The position numbers and the translations under genes are program-made. A stretch of DNA of 64,000 nucleotides from a bacterium (GTDB lineage: Bacteria; Patescibacteriota; Saccharimonadia; CAILAD01; GCA-016700035): positions 1,665 through 65,664 of the forward strand of contig JADZGC010000004.1 of the NCBI GenBank assembly GCA_020854115.1. The letters are read 5' to 3'. Of the stretch, positions 48,688-57,805 are shown piece after piece. Each line of letters begins with the position of its first letter. The stretch's first letter is position 1. The notes beneath the pieces are model-generated. The model had not been told where the DNA came from and did not search any database. It saw nothing but the letters and a program-made list of their open reading frames with translations.

Positions 48688-49497
48688 TTAATCAATATCT
48701 TGGGGGGTATTTTTTGCTGTTATGACGCGTAATTTCCAGGGTAGGATTTCGATAGAGAACTGGCGACTAGTCCTTTGGTGCGGATCATTCTCGAAGAGAA
48801 GGCTCGTTTCAGTGTGAATTGTAGCCTTTTTTATGGGGATATGTAGAACATCTTCTTGATCTTGCCGAACATGCATCTGTTCTTTGACGAGTCGAAATAT
48901 CGGTTGTGTGTGCCGCGCTTTTGGTGAGCCTTCATGTAAAATATGAAGCTGCAACAGCGTTCCTGGGTCGCTGTCACTAGATTGAAGTGGGATGAGTCGG
49001 ACGATACTCCCCGGGCAGCGTAGATGATATCGAGAATTACCATTCGTGGCATCAATCGCTAGTGTGGTAGATGCTGTCTGACCGGTAGTGAGTTCAAGCT
49101 GATTGAGGAAGAGGTGGTTGTCGCATGAAAATACCGGCATACGAGTAATTTTACGGGCAGCTATAGTTTGTAGTTCTTGCTTGAATTGGCTCTTTAAGAC
49201 AGTGGCTTGTATTTGTGCAATGGGTATTTTTTGTACTCGAGGGGTGATATGGGCTAGTACTAGGTCATGGTTATTTCTCAAGGTTTCCGAAACCGCACCT
49301 AGAAATCGCGCTTGCCACAACGCATCACCGATAGAGAGTAGTGTGGCGATATGTGTTTGGCTCTGTCGTGTCTCTAATTCCGAAATAGCCACATGCTTTA
49401 CCTGGAGTCGTAAGTCTTGAGCAAAGGCATCAATGAGTTGCACGATTTTTGTGCGATCAGATTGCTGTAATGAGTCTTGAATGGAGTAGACAATCAT
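48688..49497 (-). CDS. Hypothetical protein, possibly degenerate diacylglycerol-kinase-fold
   Basis: 'TLLSIGD' and C-terminal 'IEILP.KLRVI' weakly resemble DAGK family; GGDG motif absent. Confidence 0.45.
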   Translation of the reverse strand: MIVYSIQDSLQQSDRTKIVQLIDAFAQDLRLQVKHVAISELETRQSQTHIATLLSIGDALWQARFLGAVSETLRNNHDLVLAHITPRVQKIPIAQIQATVLKSQFKQELQTIAARKITRMPVFSCDNHLFLNQLELTTGQTASTTLAIDATNGNSRYHLRCPGSIVRLIPLQSSDSDPGTLLQLHILHEGSPKARHTQPIFRLVKEQMHVRQDQEDVLHIPIKKATIHTETSLLFENDPHQRTSRQFSIEILPWKLRVITAKNTPQDID

Positions 49498-49865
49498 AGC
49501 GGCCCACTACTTCGTGCATCGGTGTGATGAATACGTGCGCTGACGAGTGCACCAGGCTCAATATGGATGCTCGGAGATGAGTACACTCCCTTGATGTTTG
49601 CCGATCTTTTGACCTCCATTGTGTCGCTGGCGGTGTTGTCGCCATTAGTCGCGCCGAAAATAACGAGTGAGCGAGCAGTGATGTCACCTTCAAATGCACC
49701 GTTTTCAGTAATCTCGCAAAAGCCGGCTGTATGAATCGACCCCGATACTGTTGCATCAATTACAACATCATCATTAGATTGGACCGTTACATCACCACGA
49801 ACGAACGAGGAGAGGTATATCCCGGCATGAGTTCGGTAGTCGAAAGGGAGCTTATTTCGAGCCAT
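49494..49865 (-). CDS. Bactofilin (polymer-forming cytoskeletal protein)
   Basis: Beta-helix repeats: V.GDV, V.GSI, EGDI.A..L.I.G...G, I.G......I.IEPGA. Confidence 0.85.
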   Translation of the reverse strand: MARNKLPFDYRTHAGIYLSSFVRGDVTVQSNDDVVIDATVSGSIHTAGFCEITENGAFEGDITARSLVIFGATNGDNTASDTMEVKRSANIKGVYSSPSIHIEPGALVSARIHHTDARSSGPL

Positions 49866-50340
49866 GCTTCTCCTGGTATGGGTTTTGCTTGAGTGCTTTT
49901 GTTACGGCTGTTGCTTCTTCATCTGAGAGATTGTGTGAACTTTGACCAAGAATGATTTGCTTGGCGTATACGCGTGATCCAGTTCGGGCATGGATACTCG
50001 ATATAACCCAGCCATTTCCTTTGTAATCGAGTACAGCCAGACAAAAACTTTGATCGCCTCCAGTATCGGCGAACGGATTAAATCGTACGAAGCCTATTCT
50101 CGAGTGGCCGTGCTCTGCCAAGCCCTGTAGCTTTTGTGTGCGTTCTTCTAGCTTTGCTAAGCGCTTATTCTGATCTTTTTCTTGATCGGCGTACTGATTC
50201 AGGCGGCTCATGATGCTTCCTTGGGTATCCTTGCTATTGAAGAACTCTCCGAAGTTTCGCTCAATCTTTATGATACGCCATAGCAAGTAAGCGCACAGTC
50301 CAATAAGTCCTACTACAAATGCGATTAGTATTACTTCCAC
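49852..50340 (-). CDS. DUF4446 family protein
   Basis: TM plus coiled coil; 'GFVRFNPF.DTGGDQSF..A.LD..GNG..ISS...R..SRVYAK'. Confidence 0.85.
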   Translation of the reverse strand: MEVILIAFVVGLIGLCAYLLWRIIKIERNFGEFFNSKDTQGSIMSRLNQYADQEKDQNKRLAKLEERTQKLQGLAEHGHSRIGFVRFNPFADTGGDQSFCLAVLDYKGNGWVISSIHARTGSRVYAKQIILGQSSHNLSDEEATAVTKALKQNPYQEKHGSK

Positions 50341-50424
50341 CTCATACCTCCGTTGACTGCTTATTATAGCCCCTTCGAGAAAACATTGGCAATTCGTTGA
50401 GCTTCAGATACAATTGCTTTTGAT

Positions 50425-50772
50425 ATGGCTAATAGAAAAAAGCATCTGAAATATCGAGCTAGTAAAACGAGTGAGACGCCTCGTAATCCAGGGAAATTAG
50501 CGCCGAGTAATTCGATGGAAAGCAGTCAGGATGAGGTCGCGCACAAGAAAATGGCGACTAAGAAGGGTGCCTCAGCGGCTGTTAAGCAGAAGAAAGCTGT
50601 TCCACAAAAATATTCGGCACTTACTCCTCATGAGGCAGGAGTGGTACGCAAAGAACTATTGCATCTCATGATAGCTGCAGCAGGATTGGCTGTACTTTAT
50701 GCGGTGCTATGGGGGGTGCTTACCAGGACTGGGCTTGAATCTTACTTAACGGAACTTATCAAGCTACAGTAG
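50425..50772 (+). CDS. Basic small membrane protein
   Basis: Lys-rich N-terminus, one C-terminal TM; TACAAT upstream. Confidence 0.55.
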   Translation: MANRKKHLKYRASKTSETPRNPGKLAPSNSMESSQDEVAHKKMATKKGASAAVKQKKAVPQKYSALTPHEAGVVRKELLHLMIAAAGLAVLYAVLWGVLTRTGLESYLTELIKLQ

Positions 50773-52324
50773 CGGCTGCTTGGGTATTGTCAACTTTATA
50801 CCCATGAGAGTTATCGATATCGGTTCGTTTATATTGTAGCGCTTCAGCTAAATGACTTCTTTTGATGATATTACTGTCCTCAAGGTCCGCTATTGTGCGC
50901 GCGACACGTTGGATACGTTGAACGGCCCGTTGAGTAAGCCCTAGATTTGACTGAGCAAGTGCTAAGAGCTGGATTGCGCTGTCTTCTAGCCCGATAAAGC
51001 GGTCTATGTCATCAAAGCGAATGTCACTATTGTGGAGATATGCTGTTTCTCTGTAGCGCGTTGCTTGGCGAGTGCGTGCAGTGGATATTTGTTCTCTCGG
51101 ATCTATAGGTGAGTCAGCTAATGATGTATTAATTACATCGTTTTCCGCTTCGAGATATACAATGATGTCAAAACGATCGAGTAGTGGGCCGGATATACGT
51201 TTCTGATAACTCTGTATGCGCTGTATTGTGCAGTTGCACGGGCGACTATTCGATCCTGTATAGCCGCAAGGGCAGGGGTTCATGGCCGCTATGAGCAGAG
51301 TGTTTGCCGGATAGCTTGCGGTCATGGCGGCTCGGGCAATTGTGACCTCGCGATTCTCGAGTGGCTGTCTCAAGGTCTCAAGGCTGCTGCGTGAGAATTC
51401 AGGCAATTCGTCGAGAAAGAGTACTCCGCGATGAGCCAAGCTAATCTCTCCGGGCCGAGGTCTAGACCCGCCACCAATCAATGCGTGCTCACTGGCGTTG
51501 TGGTGCGGAGCTCGAAAAGGTCGCGCTCCGAACGGCATGGGTGGCTTGACGCCCGCTAAAGAGTGGATGTAGTATATTTCCTTCGTTTCCTCTAGGGTTG
51601 CAGTGGGCATGAGCGACGGTAGGCTGTGAGCAAGCAAAGTTTTGCCCACTCCAGGAGGCCCAATCATTAAGATATTGTGATTGCCAGCAGCAGCGATCTG
51701 CAAGGCGCGCTTTGCCATTACTTGACCGCGGATGTGCGCAAGTGGGTTTGACTTACTCGAAATCATTCCTGCATATGCAAGCTTATCTACGCTACCATGC
51801 CACGCCATAAGCGTTTTTTCATCAAGAAAATGAAGATACAGTTCTCGCAAATTCGCCGGCCGTAATATCTCTAGGTTGTCAATTTTTGGAATATCTAATT
51901 GTGTATGTGGATCTATCACAATCGTTCGAAATCCTGCACGACTAGCACTTAAGACAGAGGCAATAGATTCGTGCGTTGGTCGCAGCGAACCATCAAGGGC
52001 TAGCTCGGCCATGAAGCAAATGTCCTTTGAGAGGGCGGGGAGCTGTTTGGTTGCTACGAGGATCCCCATGGCGAGCGCAAGATCACAATTAATGCCAGTC
52101 TTTGCTACATCGGCTGGCGCTAAGTTAATAGTTACCTTACGCGGCGGAAATTCGAGCCCGCTATTTCGAATCGCGCTGCGAATGCGCTCTCGTGATTCCT
52201 CGATCGCTTTACTCGGTAGGCCAACAATCGTAATTCCTGGTAGGCCGGCAAACACATCTGTTTCAATAGTAATTGGATGTGGTTGTGCGCCGTGGTGGGC
52301 GAGTGTATAGGTTTGTGCGATCAT
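50759..52324 (-). CDS. comM: ComM/YifB Mg-chelatase-like AAA+ ATPase
   Basis: VGLP, INLAPAD, GPPGVGKT, PFRAPHH, PGEISLAHRGVLFLDE, NPCPCG, SGPLLDR; start placed at ATG 52324 after AAGGGGG. Confidence 0.95.
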   Translation of the reverse strand: MIAQTYTLAHHGAQPHPITIETDVFAGLPGITIVGLPSKAIEESRERIRSAIRNSGLEFPPRKVTINLAPADVAKTGINCDLALAMGILVATKQLPALSKDICFMAELALDGSLRPTHESIASVLSASRAGFRTIVIDPHTQLDIPKIDNLEILRPANLRELYLHFLDEKTLMAWHGSVDKLAYAGMISSKSNPLAHIRGQVMAKRALQIAAAGNHNILMIGPPGVGKTLLAHSLPSLMPTATLEETKEIYYIHSLAGVKPPMPFGARPFRAPHHNASEHALIGGGSRPRPGEISLAHRGVLFLDELPEFSRSSLETLRQPLENREVTIARAAMTASYPANTLLIAAMNPCPCGYTGSNSRPCNCTIQRIQSYQKRISGPLLDRFDIIVYLEAENDVINTSLADSPIDPREQISTARTRQATRYRETAYLHNSDIRFDDIDRFIGLEDSAIQLLALAQSNLGLTQRAVQRIQRVARTIADLEDSNIIKRSHLAEALQYKRTDIDNSHGYKVDNTQAAATVA

Positions 52325-52350
52325 GAGTACCCCCTTTGAAAGCACTATAG

Positions 52351-52367
52351 CGTACAAAAATCGAACA
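52351..52367 (-). promoter_or_regulatory. Candidate SOS operator TGTTCG-ATTTT-TGTACG abutting comM -10 (TATAGT)
   Basis: Same direct-repeat pattern as upstream of dinB. Confidence 0.55.
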
Positions 52368-52381
52368 AACAAGCATAATCA

Positions 52382-53488
52382 TTATTTGGCTGGGTTTTGC
52401 TGCCTATACCATCGTGCAGCGGATTCAGGAGGTATGACATTGACGATCATACCGGTACCAACCTCTAGGCCACCCCAAGGAGATACTACATTGCGCCCAC
52501 ATATTTTGAGCGTGAGTCTTTGATTCGGATGGATGCCTTGATCAACGATGAGGTTATAACTTATAGAAGTGTCCGTCAGTGCCTTTGTAATCGGCGCAAG
52601 TATCTCGGCTGCGCTTGAGAGTAGCTGGTTATCGCAGTCATCGAGTATACTTATTGCTCGTTTTGGTAAAAGCCAGGTCTCCATTTGCCACTGTGATGCA
52701 TATGGACAGAATGCGATCCAGTCCTCATTTTCGGCAATAAGTCGTTTGTTTTCCTGCTTCTCGAACAAAATAATGGCTTCAAATGGATCGCGCTGGTATT
52801 TGTCATAGTAATTTGCGCAGGCTTCGGCTTCGCGGATAATGTTTGGCGGTACAATCGGGAGCGCAATTATCTGACTGTGTGCGTGCGCCAATGATGCCCC
52901 GGCTTCATAGCCGTCATTGCGGAAGATCGAAACGTAGGCGATGTGCCTATTGTGCTTGATATCGCGACTACGCTCTCGATAGGCCTGCAAGACTACGCCT
53001 ACCTGTGTGCTGTCGAGCCTGCCGAATGGCACATTTGAGAGTGGGGTATCGATCACGAGTTCTTGTTTGCCATACGCGTGCGGGTTATCAAGTGTGAGGG
53101 CTGGGTATTTGTTCTCGACAACCTTTACATCCCACGGTATATTGCCCGATTTTGACGGTATTTCTAGTACTGAGGTTTGTAGGTCTAAGCGAGGAGAATC
53201 GGCCGACTCGACCATTGGATGGTCATGGCTTGCAGCGTCATACGGTCTGTTTTTACGCTTGGGGGCAACTAATACATAATATTCGTGGAGATAATCACGG
53301 CGTATTTCTGTGATTGCCTCAGAGACATCGAGATCAAGTTTGGCTGCGGGGTGGGTGTCAGGAAGCTGCATAGCAAGCCCTGGCTGGCTGTCAGCAGAAT
53401 CGTGTGACCCAGTCTGTGGCTGATCATTGAGTGCTTCGCTATGGTGCCCATGATGCACATCGCTCGCGGGAATATGTAGACGTTCCAT
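52382..53488 (-). CDS. GalT-like nucleotidyltransferase (HIT superfamily)
   Basis: NKYPAL, G.QE.VI.TP, N.G..AGASLAHAHSQI, FCPYAS, GG.E.GTG. Confidence 0.85.
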   Translation of the reverse strand: MERLHIPASDVHHGHHSEALNDQPQTGSHDSADSQPGLAMQLPDTHPAAKLDLDVSEAITEIRRDYLHEYYVLVAPKRKNRPYDAASHDHPMVESADSPRLDLQTSVLEIPSKSGNIPWDVKVVENKYPALTLDNPHAYGKQELVIDTPLSNVPFGRLDSTQVGVVLQAYRERSRDIKHNRHIAYVSIFRNDGYEAGASLAHAHSQIIALPIVPPNIIREAEACANYYDKYQRDPFEAIILFEKQENKRLIAENEDWIAFCPYASQWQMETWLLPKRAISILDDCDNQLLSSAAEILAPITKALTDTSISYNLIVDQGIHPNQRLTLKICGRNVVSPWGGLEVGTGMIVNVIPPESAARWYRQQNPAK

Positions 53489-53540
53489 AGCTCTATACTA
53501 CCCGATAGCACAAGAAAACGTAAGCACTATTAGGCTGTCT

Positions 53541-54671
53541 TTATTGGTGCGAGTCTAGGCGACCCCTGAGGTATCGCAGGATGTGCAATGACGCATCGGG
53601 CCGCGCAACTTTTTCGAGGCGAGATACGTATTTATTGGCATCAGTAAGTATTGAAATGGCTGCACTGGCGATGTCTCGGGGCTTGTCAGCGACTACTCCG
53701 AGCTTAAAGCGCTCGACGAGCTCTGCATTGCCTTCTTCTTGCCCTGGGATTACTTTATTGATGATCATTGGCTTCTTTGCGGCAATACACTCCATCACGG
53801 TCGACCCGCCAGCTTTAGTAATGACGAGTGCTGAGTTCTTGATGAGCTCGTAGAGTTTGTCCGTCCAGCCAATGAGTCGAAAATTTTCAGGTAGTATGAA
53901 TGCGTCATCGCTGAGCGCGTCATGTAGATCTTCATCTCGACCGGTCACGAGTACAAACGTTACATCGCGAATAGGGGCTAGGGCCCGTACCAGACGCTTG
54001 ACGTAACCAGCTCGTAATGACGAAGCGCTTATGGTAATGATTTGATCTGATTTTTTGATGTCCAGTTCTTTAAAAATACTTGTGTCGGCGGGGCGCGTGA
54101 AGGCTTCGTGTACTGGGTAGCCGAGCGGGAAGATTTTCTTGTTTGCAACGCCAAGCTTGTGGAGGCTCGCAGCAGTTGGCTCATTGGCGACGAGGTAAAA
54201 ATCGCTATCTGGTTGAGTCCATGCGGTATGTACGGAGATTGAGTCGGTGATGAGCGTTGCAAATTCTACGTCAAAATATTCTTTTGTAATCGAATAGGCG
54301 ATGTATTGCCAGATCGGATAGTTAGAAATGACCAGTGCTGGGTCATGATCGGCAATGAGGTTGACGAGGGCCTTGCGGCGGATAGGATAGTTGAGTGCAT
54401 TGATAAGTCGAATCGGAAGATGGCTCTTGTCGGTAGAGGTGTAGATCCATTTATGTATGAGCGGGGTATGCTTGGCGTTGATCTCGTATATTCGTTTAGA
54501 TGCAGTATTGAAGATACTACTTACTTCGTCACTAAAATCTACCACTTCAATTTTGAAGTTGAGCTCAGGGTGAGATTCTGCTGCAGACTTCAGGGCTCGC
54601 GCGGTTGCCATATGTCCCTGTCCGAAATTTGATGACAAGATCAAAATAGTATCAGGAGTGTGTTTTTTCAT
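53541..54671 (-). CDS. UgtP/MGDG-synthase-like GT28 glycosyltransferase
   Basis: FGQGH..A.AL, TD...H..W, G.PV, ITKAGG.T..E, IPGQEEGNA. Confidence 0.88.
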   Translation of the reverse strand: MKKHTPDTILILSSNFGQGHMATARALKSAAESHPELNFKIEVVDFSDEVSSIFNTASKRIYEINAKHTPLIHKWIYTSTDKSHLPIRLINALNYPIRRKALVNLIADHDPALVISNYPIWQYIAYSITKEYFDVEFATLITDSISVHTAWTQPDSDFYLVANEPTAASLHKLGVANKKIFPLGYPVHEAFTRPADTSIFKELDIKKSDQIITISASSLRAGYVKRLVRALAPIRDVTFVLVTGRDEDLHDALSDDAFILPENFRLIGWTDKLYELIKNSALVITKAGGSTVMECIAAKKPMIINKVIPGQEEGNAELVERFKLGVVADKPRDIASAAISILTDANKYVSRLEKVARPDASLHILRYLRGRLDSHQ

Positions 54672-54773
54672 AATTGATTAAGTTAGCCTTCCCAAATATT
54701 CTACCTGGATGCGAGCGATTGGCCTAGTGTTGATCTAGAAATATATCTCAAAAAATGCTATTATAATGCTCTC

Positions 54774-55167
54774 GGGGCTGACTAGCTTCGACAGAGTGAC
54801 CTTGAAAGATATACTGGCAAGCCGGGTTGAGATGAACGTTATCCGTCTCATTCCAACAAGTGAGAACTCTCTTGTTAGCCGCGTACGCTCAGTTTATGCT
54901 GACGCGTTCGCAGCACCAGCTTTTGCTTAATACGTAAAAGCCGCTGACAGCTCGACGCCAACTAGAGCTTGAAGTGCCATATTCTGTTGGTTGCGTGAGA
55001 TGTGCGCCGACGTACGCAATTCACTAAGCCTTTATGCGCCGGGAAGGGGACGTGCTTTGGCTCGTTTTGAATCGTTCTTTTCTAAAAAAATCTCTAAGCG
55101 AGCTACGCTTGTAGATGGTATATTGATCACATTCTGGACGAGGGTGCGATTCCCTCCAGCTCCACCA
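54774..55167 (+). ncRNA. ssrA: tmRNA
   Basis: GGGGCTG...CAGCTCC-ACCA acceptor with G.U pair; internal tag frame ending PAFA*; TATAAT upstream; smpB nearby. Confidence 0.95.
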
Positions 55168-55181
55168 TACTTATTATGCTT

Positions 55182-55209
55182 AAAACCAGGTTACTACGCC
55201 TGGTTTTTT
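55182..55209 (+). terminator. Terminator after tmRNA
   Basis: AAAACCAGG-ttactacg-CCTGGTTTTTT. Confidence 0.75.
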
Positions 55210-55463
55210 GTTTTCAGATTATGAAACTTATTAACAAATCTTTCGAGCCTATCATATTCCATTTCGGCTAAGAATTTACCATCGGTTCGGAAGTCTGAGC
55301 CTACAATAAAGTAGTCTGCTAGATCGAAGAATGTGCTGATGTTCTCTGAAGTCATACCAGAACCAATCAATACTGGTAGATTAGTCATACATTTCACCTT
55401 CTTTAGGTCGTCGGTATTAGGCTCAATACCTGTGAATTTACTGGTTACAATGACGCCATCAAC
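55194..55463 (-). pseudogene. C-terminal fragment of BtpA/SgcQ family gene
   Basis: 'DGVIVT...TG......L..VK....PVLIGSG.T.ENI......AD..IVGS' with no N-terminal part. Confidence 0.7.
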
Positions 55464-55929
55464 CGAAAGGCTTGGCTCAAAAAAGGACAGCGTACAGTAG
55501 TTAAGGTTAACCGCAAGAAGCAAAGCCAAAGCTACATTGGTTTCCTGAACCAAAAGACGTTTGCCCGCCATCTCTACGAGATGCCTTGGCAAAACAGTGA
55601 CGAGGTGCTCGTTGCAACACAGCAATTCCTAAAAGCATACCCACACAAGAAGATCTGTATTGTCTGGGACAATGCCCCATTCCACAAAAGCTTAAAGATA
55701 CGAGAACAACTGAAGAATGGTGGATTACTTGAGCGAGTCCATCTCATTGCTATGCCACCTTATGCGCCAGATGAGAACCCTATTGAACATGTTTGGAATA
55801 CTGCTAAGTAGTCCATTGCAAATATCTAGCACGAAACATTCGAATAAACAGAACAAGCGTTCAGCGACTTCGTCGCCTCACGCCAGTTTCAATACTTGTT
55901 TTGAGACATTTGGTTTTGGGATTGCTATA
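55464..55929 (+). mobile_element. IS630-family transposase remnant (5'-truncated, three in-frame stops)
   Basis: AW.KKG.R, IVWDNAPFHKS, PPYAPDENPIEHVW; stops at 55809, 55827 and 55845; possible right end ...GGATTGCTATA. Confidence 0.85.
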
Positions 55930-56139
55930 TGTTGGGAAGACGCCCAAAATAAAAACCAGGTTAGAGGGTTGTGGGGACCGTTCTAACCTGGAATTTTTAG
56001 TTCTGTGTTTGTTTTTGAGTAATATATGTGTGCAGCAGCACAATTAGATAATACTGTTCTTCAATACCTTCTGTCAACAAAAAAGCTGTGGATAACCACA
56101 ACTTTTTTAAAAAATATTTTCGATGATTTTCAAGTATGC

Positions 56140-57189
56140 TTAAGCATCTTGCGTTTGGCTGACAAAATCGCCGGCCACTGTGCCATTACCGCCGTACTCG
56201 CCATGTCGAGCCTGGGCATTATCGCGCGTTAGGCCAAGGTAAATTTCTTGGGCGTTTTTGACGTTCTCGGCCTTGCCGGCCCATGCCTGCATAGCTGGGT
56301 CCTGTACGGCCCGAGAGAATGAGAAGGTGATCGGCCATGGCTGTTCGCCACGAGCGCCCACTGCTTGAAGGTTGTTTCGAACCTGTTCAGGGGTCTGACC
56401 GCCCGAAAGGAAAACAATCCCAGCGAGTTCCTTTGGTACTGCTGCATGTAGTACTTCTAAGGTTGCTTGGGCAACTTCCTCGGGCTTTGATGGAGTATCA
56501 GTCTGCTTGCCAGCTAATACCATGCTTGTCTTCAGGATGGTGCCGGTGAGATCTACCCGATATGCTTGTAGCATAGCCATCAGGAGCCCGATCGCTGCCC
56601 GGGTAGCTTCCTTGGCTTCAGTAATAGTGTGAGAGCCCTCATAGAGTACCTCTGGCTCGACAATAGGCACGATACCCACAGTCTGACACATTGCTGCATA
56701 GCGGGCCATGGTATGCAGGTTGGCATGCAATGCGCCCTTTGAAGGAAGGTGAGCGGCTGCATCGACCTTAAAGGCAGCTCGCCACTTCGCGAAGCGAGCG
56801 CCGAGCGAGTAGTATTCTTTTAGTCGGTCGGCAAGACCGTCAAGGCCCTCGGTGATTGTCTCGTCTTTAAAATTATCGAGCGGGACGAGGCCCTTGTCGA
56901 CTTTGATGCCCGGGATGATATTGTGCGACTCTAGGTATTTTGGAAATAACACCCCATCATCGGTCTGCTGACGAATGGTTTCGTCGTAGAAAATAACACC
57001 GGACAAATATTGCTCAATGCCGGGCGTTGTAATAAGTAGCTGTCTATACTGACGACGAGTCTCTTCATCGCAGGGGATGCCGAGTGCTTCAAAGCGCTTG
57101 GCTGCACTCTTTGTGCTTTCATCGGCTGCAAGTAGACCCTTATGAAGGGCTACGAGTGCACGAGCGATATCATTGAGTGATTCCTTCAT
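56140..57189 (-). CDS. Fructose-bisphosphate aldolase class I
   Basis: KGLLAADES, GIKVDKG, GARFAKWR, VPIVEPEV, FLSGGQ, FSFSRA. Confidence 0.95.
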   Translation of the reverse strand: MKESLNDIARALVALHKGLLAADESTKSAAKRFEALGIPCDEETRRQYRQLLITTPGIEQYLSGVIFYDETIRQQTDDGVLFPKYLESHNIIPGIKVDKGLVPLDNFKDETITEGLDGLADRLKEYYSLGARFAKWRAAFKVDAAAHLPSKGALHANLHTMARYAAMCQTVGIVPIVEPEVLYEGSHTITEAKEATRAAIGLLMAMLQAYRVDLTGTILKTSMVLAGKQTDTPSKPEEVAQATLEVLHAAVPKELAGIVFLSGGQTPEQVRNNLQAVGARGEQPWPITFSFSRAVQDPAMQAWAGKAENVKNAQEIYLGLTRDNAQARHGEYGGNGTVAGDFVSQTQDA

Positions 57190-57286
57190 ACGTTCTCCTT
57201 AAGGTATGTCTACATGTATGATACCGGCTATGCTTTAGTAGCGTCAAATGCTTTATTGCACAATACATATGCTATAGCATGATTAT

Positions 57287-57742
57287 TCAGCGCTTGAGCC
57301 GTGCCTTTGCCTCGAGAGAAGCATCGTTTTGCATGGCTTTAGCTCGTGCAGCTTGACGTTTGTCATAGCGCTTGCGACCGCGACCTATTGCGATCTCGAG
57401 CTTGACGAGTCCGCGGGTGACACCGATCGCAGTTGGGACGATGGCCATACCTTCGGCGCGCTTTGCTATTTGTAGGATATCTAATTCTTTGCGATTTAAG
57501 AGGAGTTTACGTGATTGAGTGGGCTCATAGTTTGCGAGCTGGGTGGCTAGGGTATAGCGACGTATATGGCAGTTCTCGAGGTAAGCTTCATTATTCCGGA
57601 GATGAATAAAGCTGCCTTTCAGGCTTACGTGGCCTTGCTTGATGCTCTTCACCTCGTGGCCGGCCAGCACTAAGCCGGCTTCAAATCTTTCGATGATTTC
57701 GTAGTCGTGTTTCGCGCGTCGGTTGAGAGCGATTACTTTCAT
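57287..57742 (-). CDS. smpB: SsrA-binding protein
   Basis: NRRAKHDY, EAGLVL.G.EVKS, RKLLL, G.KRYDKR. Confidence 0.97.
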   Translation of the reverse strand: MKVIALNRRAKHDYEIIERFEAGLVLAGHEVKSIKQGHVSLKGSFIHLRNNEAYLENCHIRRYTLATQLANYEPTQSRKLLLNRKELDILQIAKRAEGMAIVPTAIGVTRGLVKLEIAIGRGRKRYDKRQAARAKAMQNDASLEAKARLKR

Positions 57743-57805
57743 GCTGACATTATACCTGATACGGGTTTGCTTTCATCTATACACACTCCTTATAATAAGA
57801 AAACA

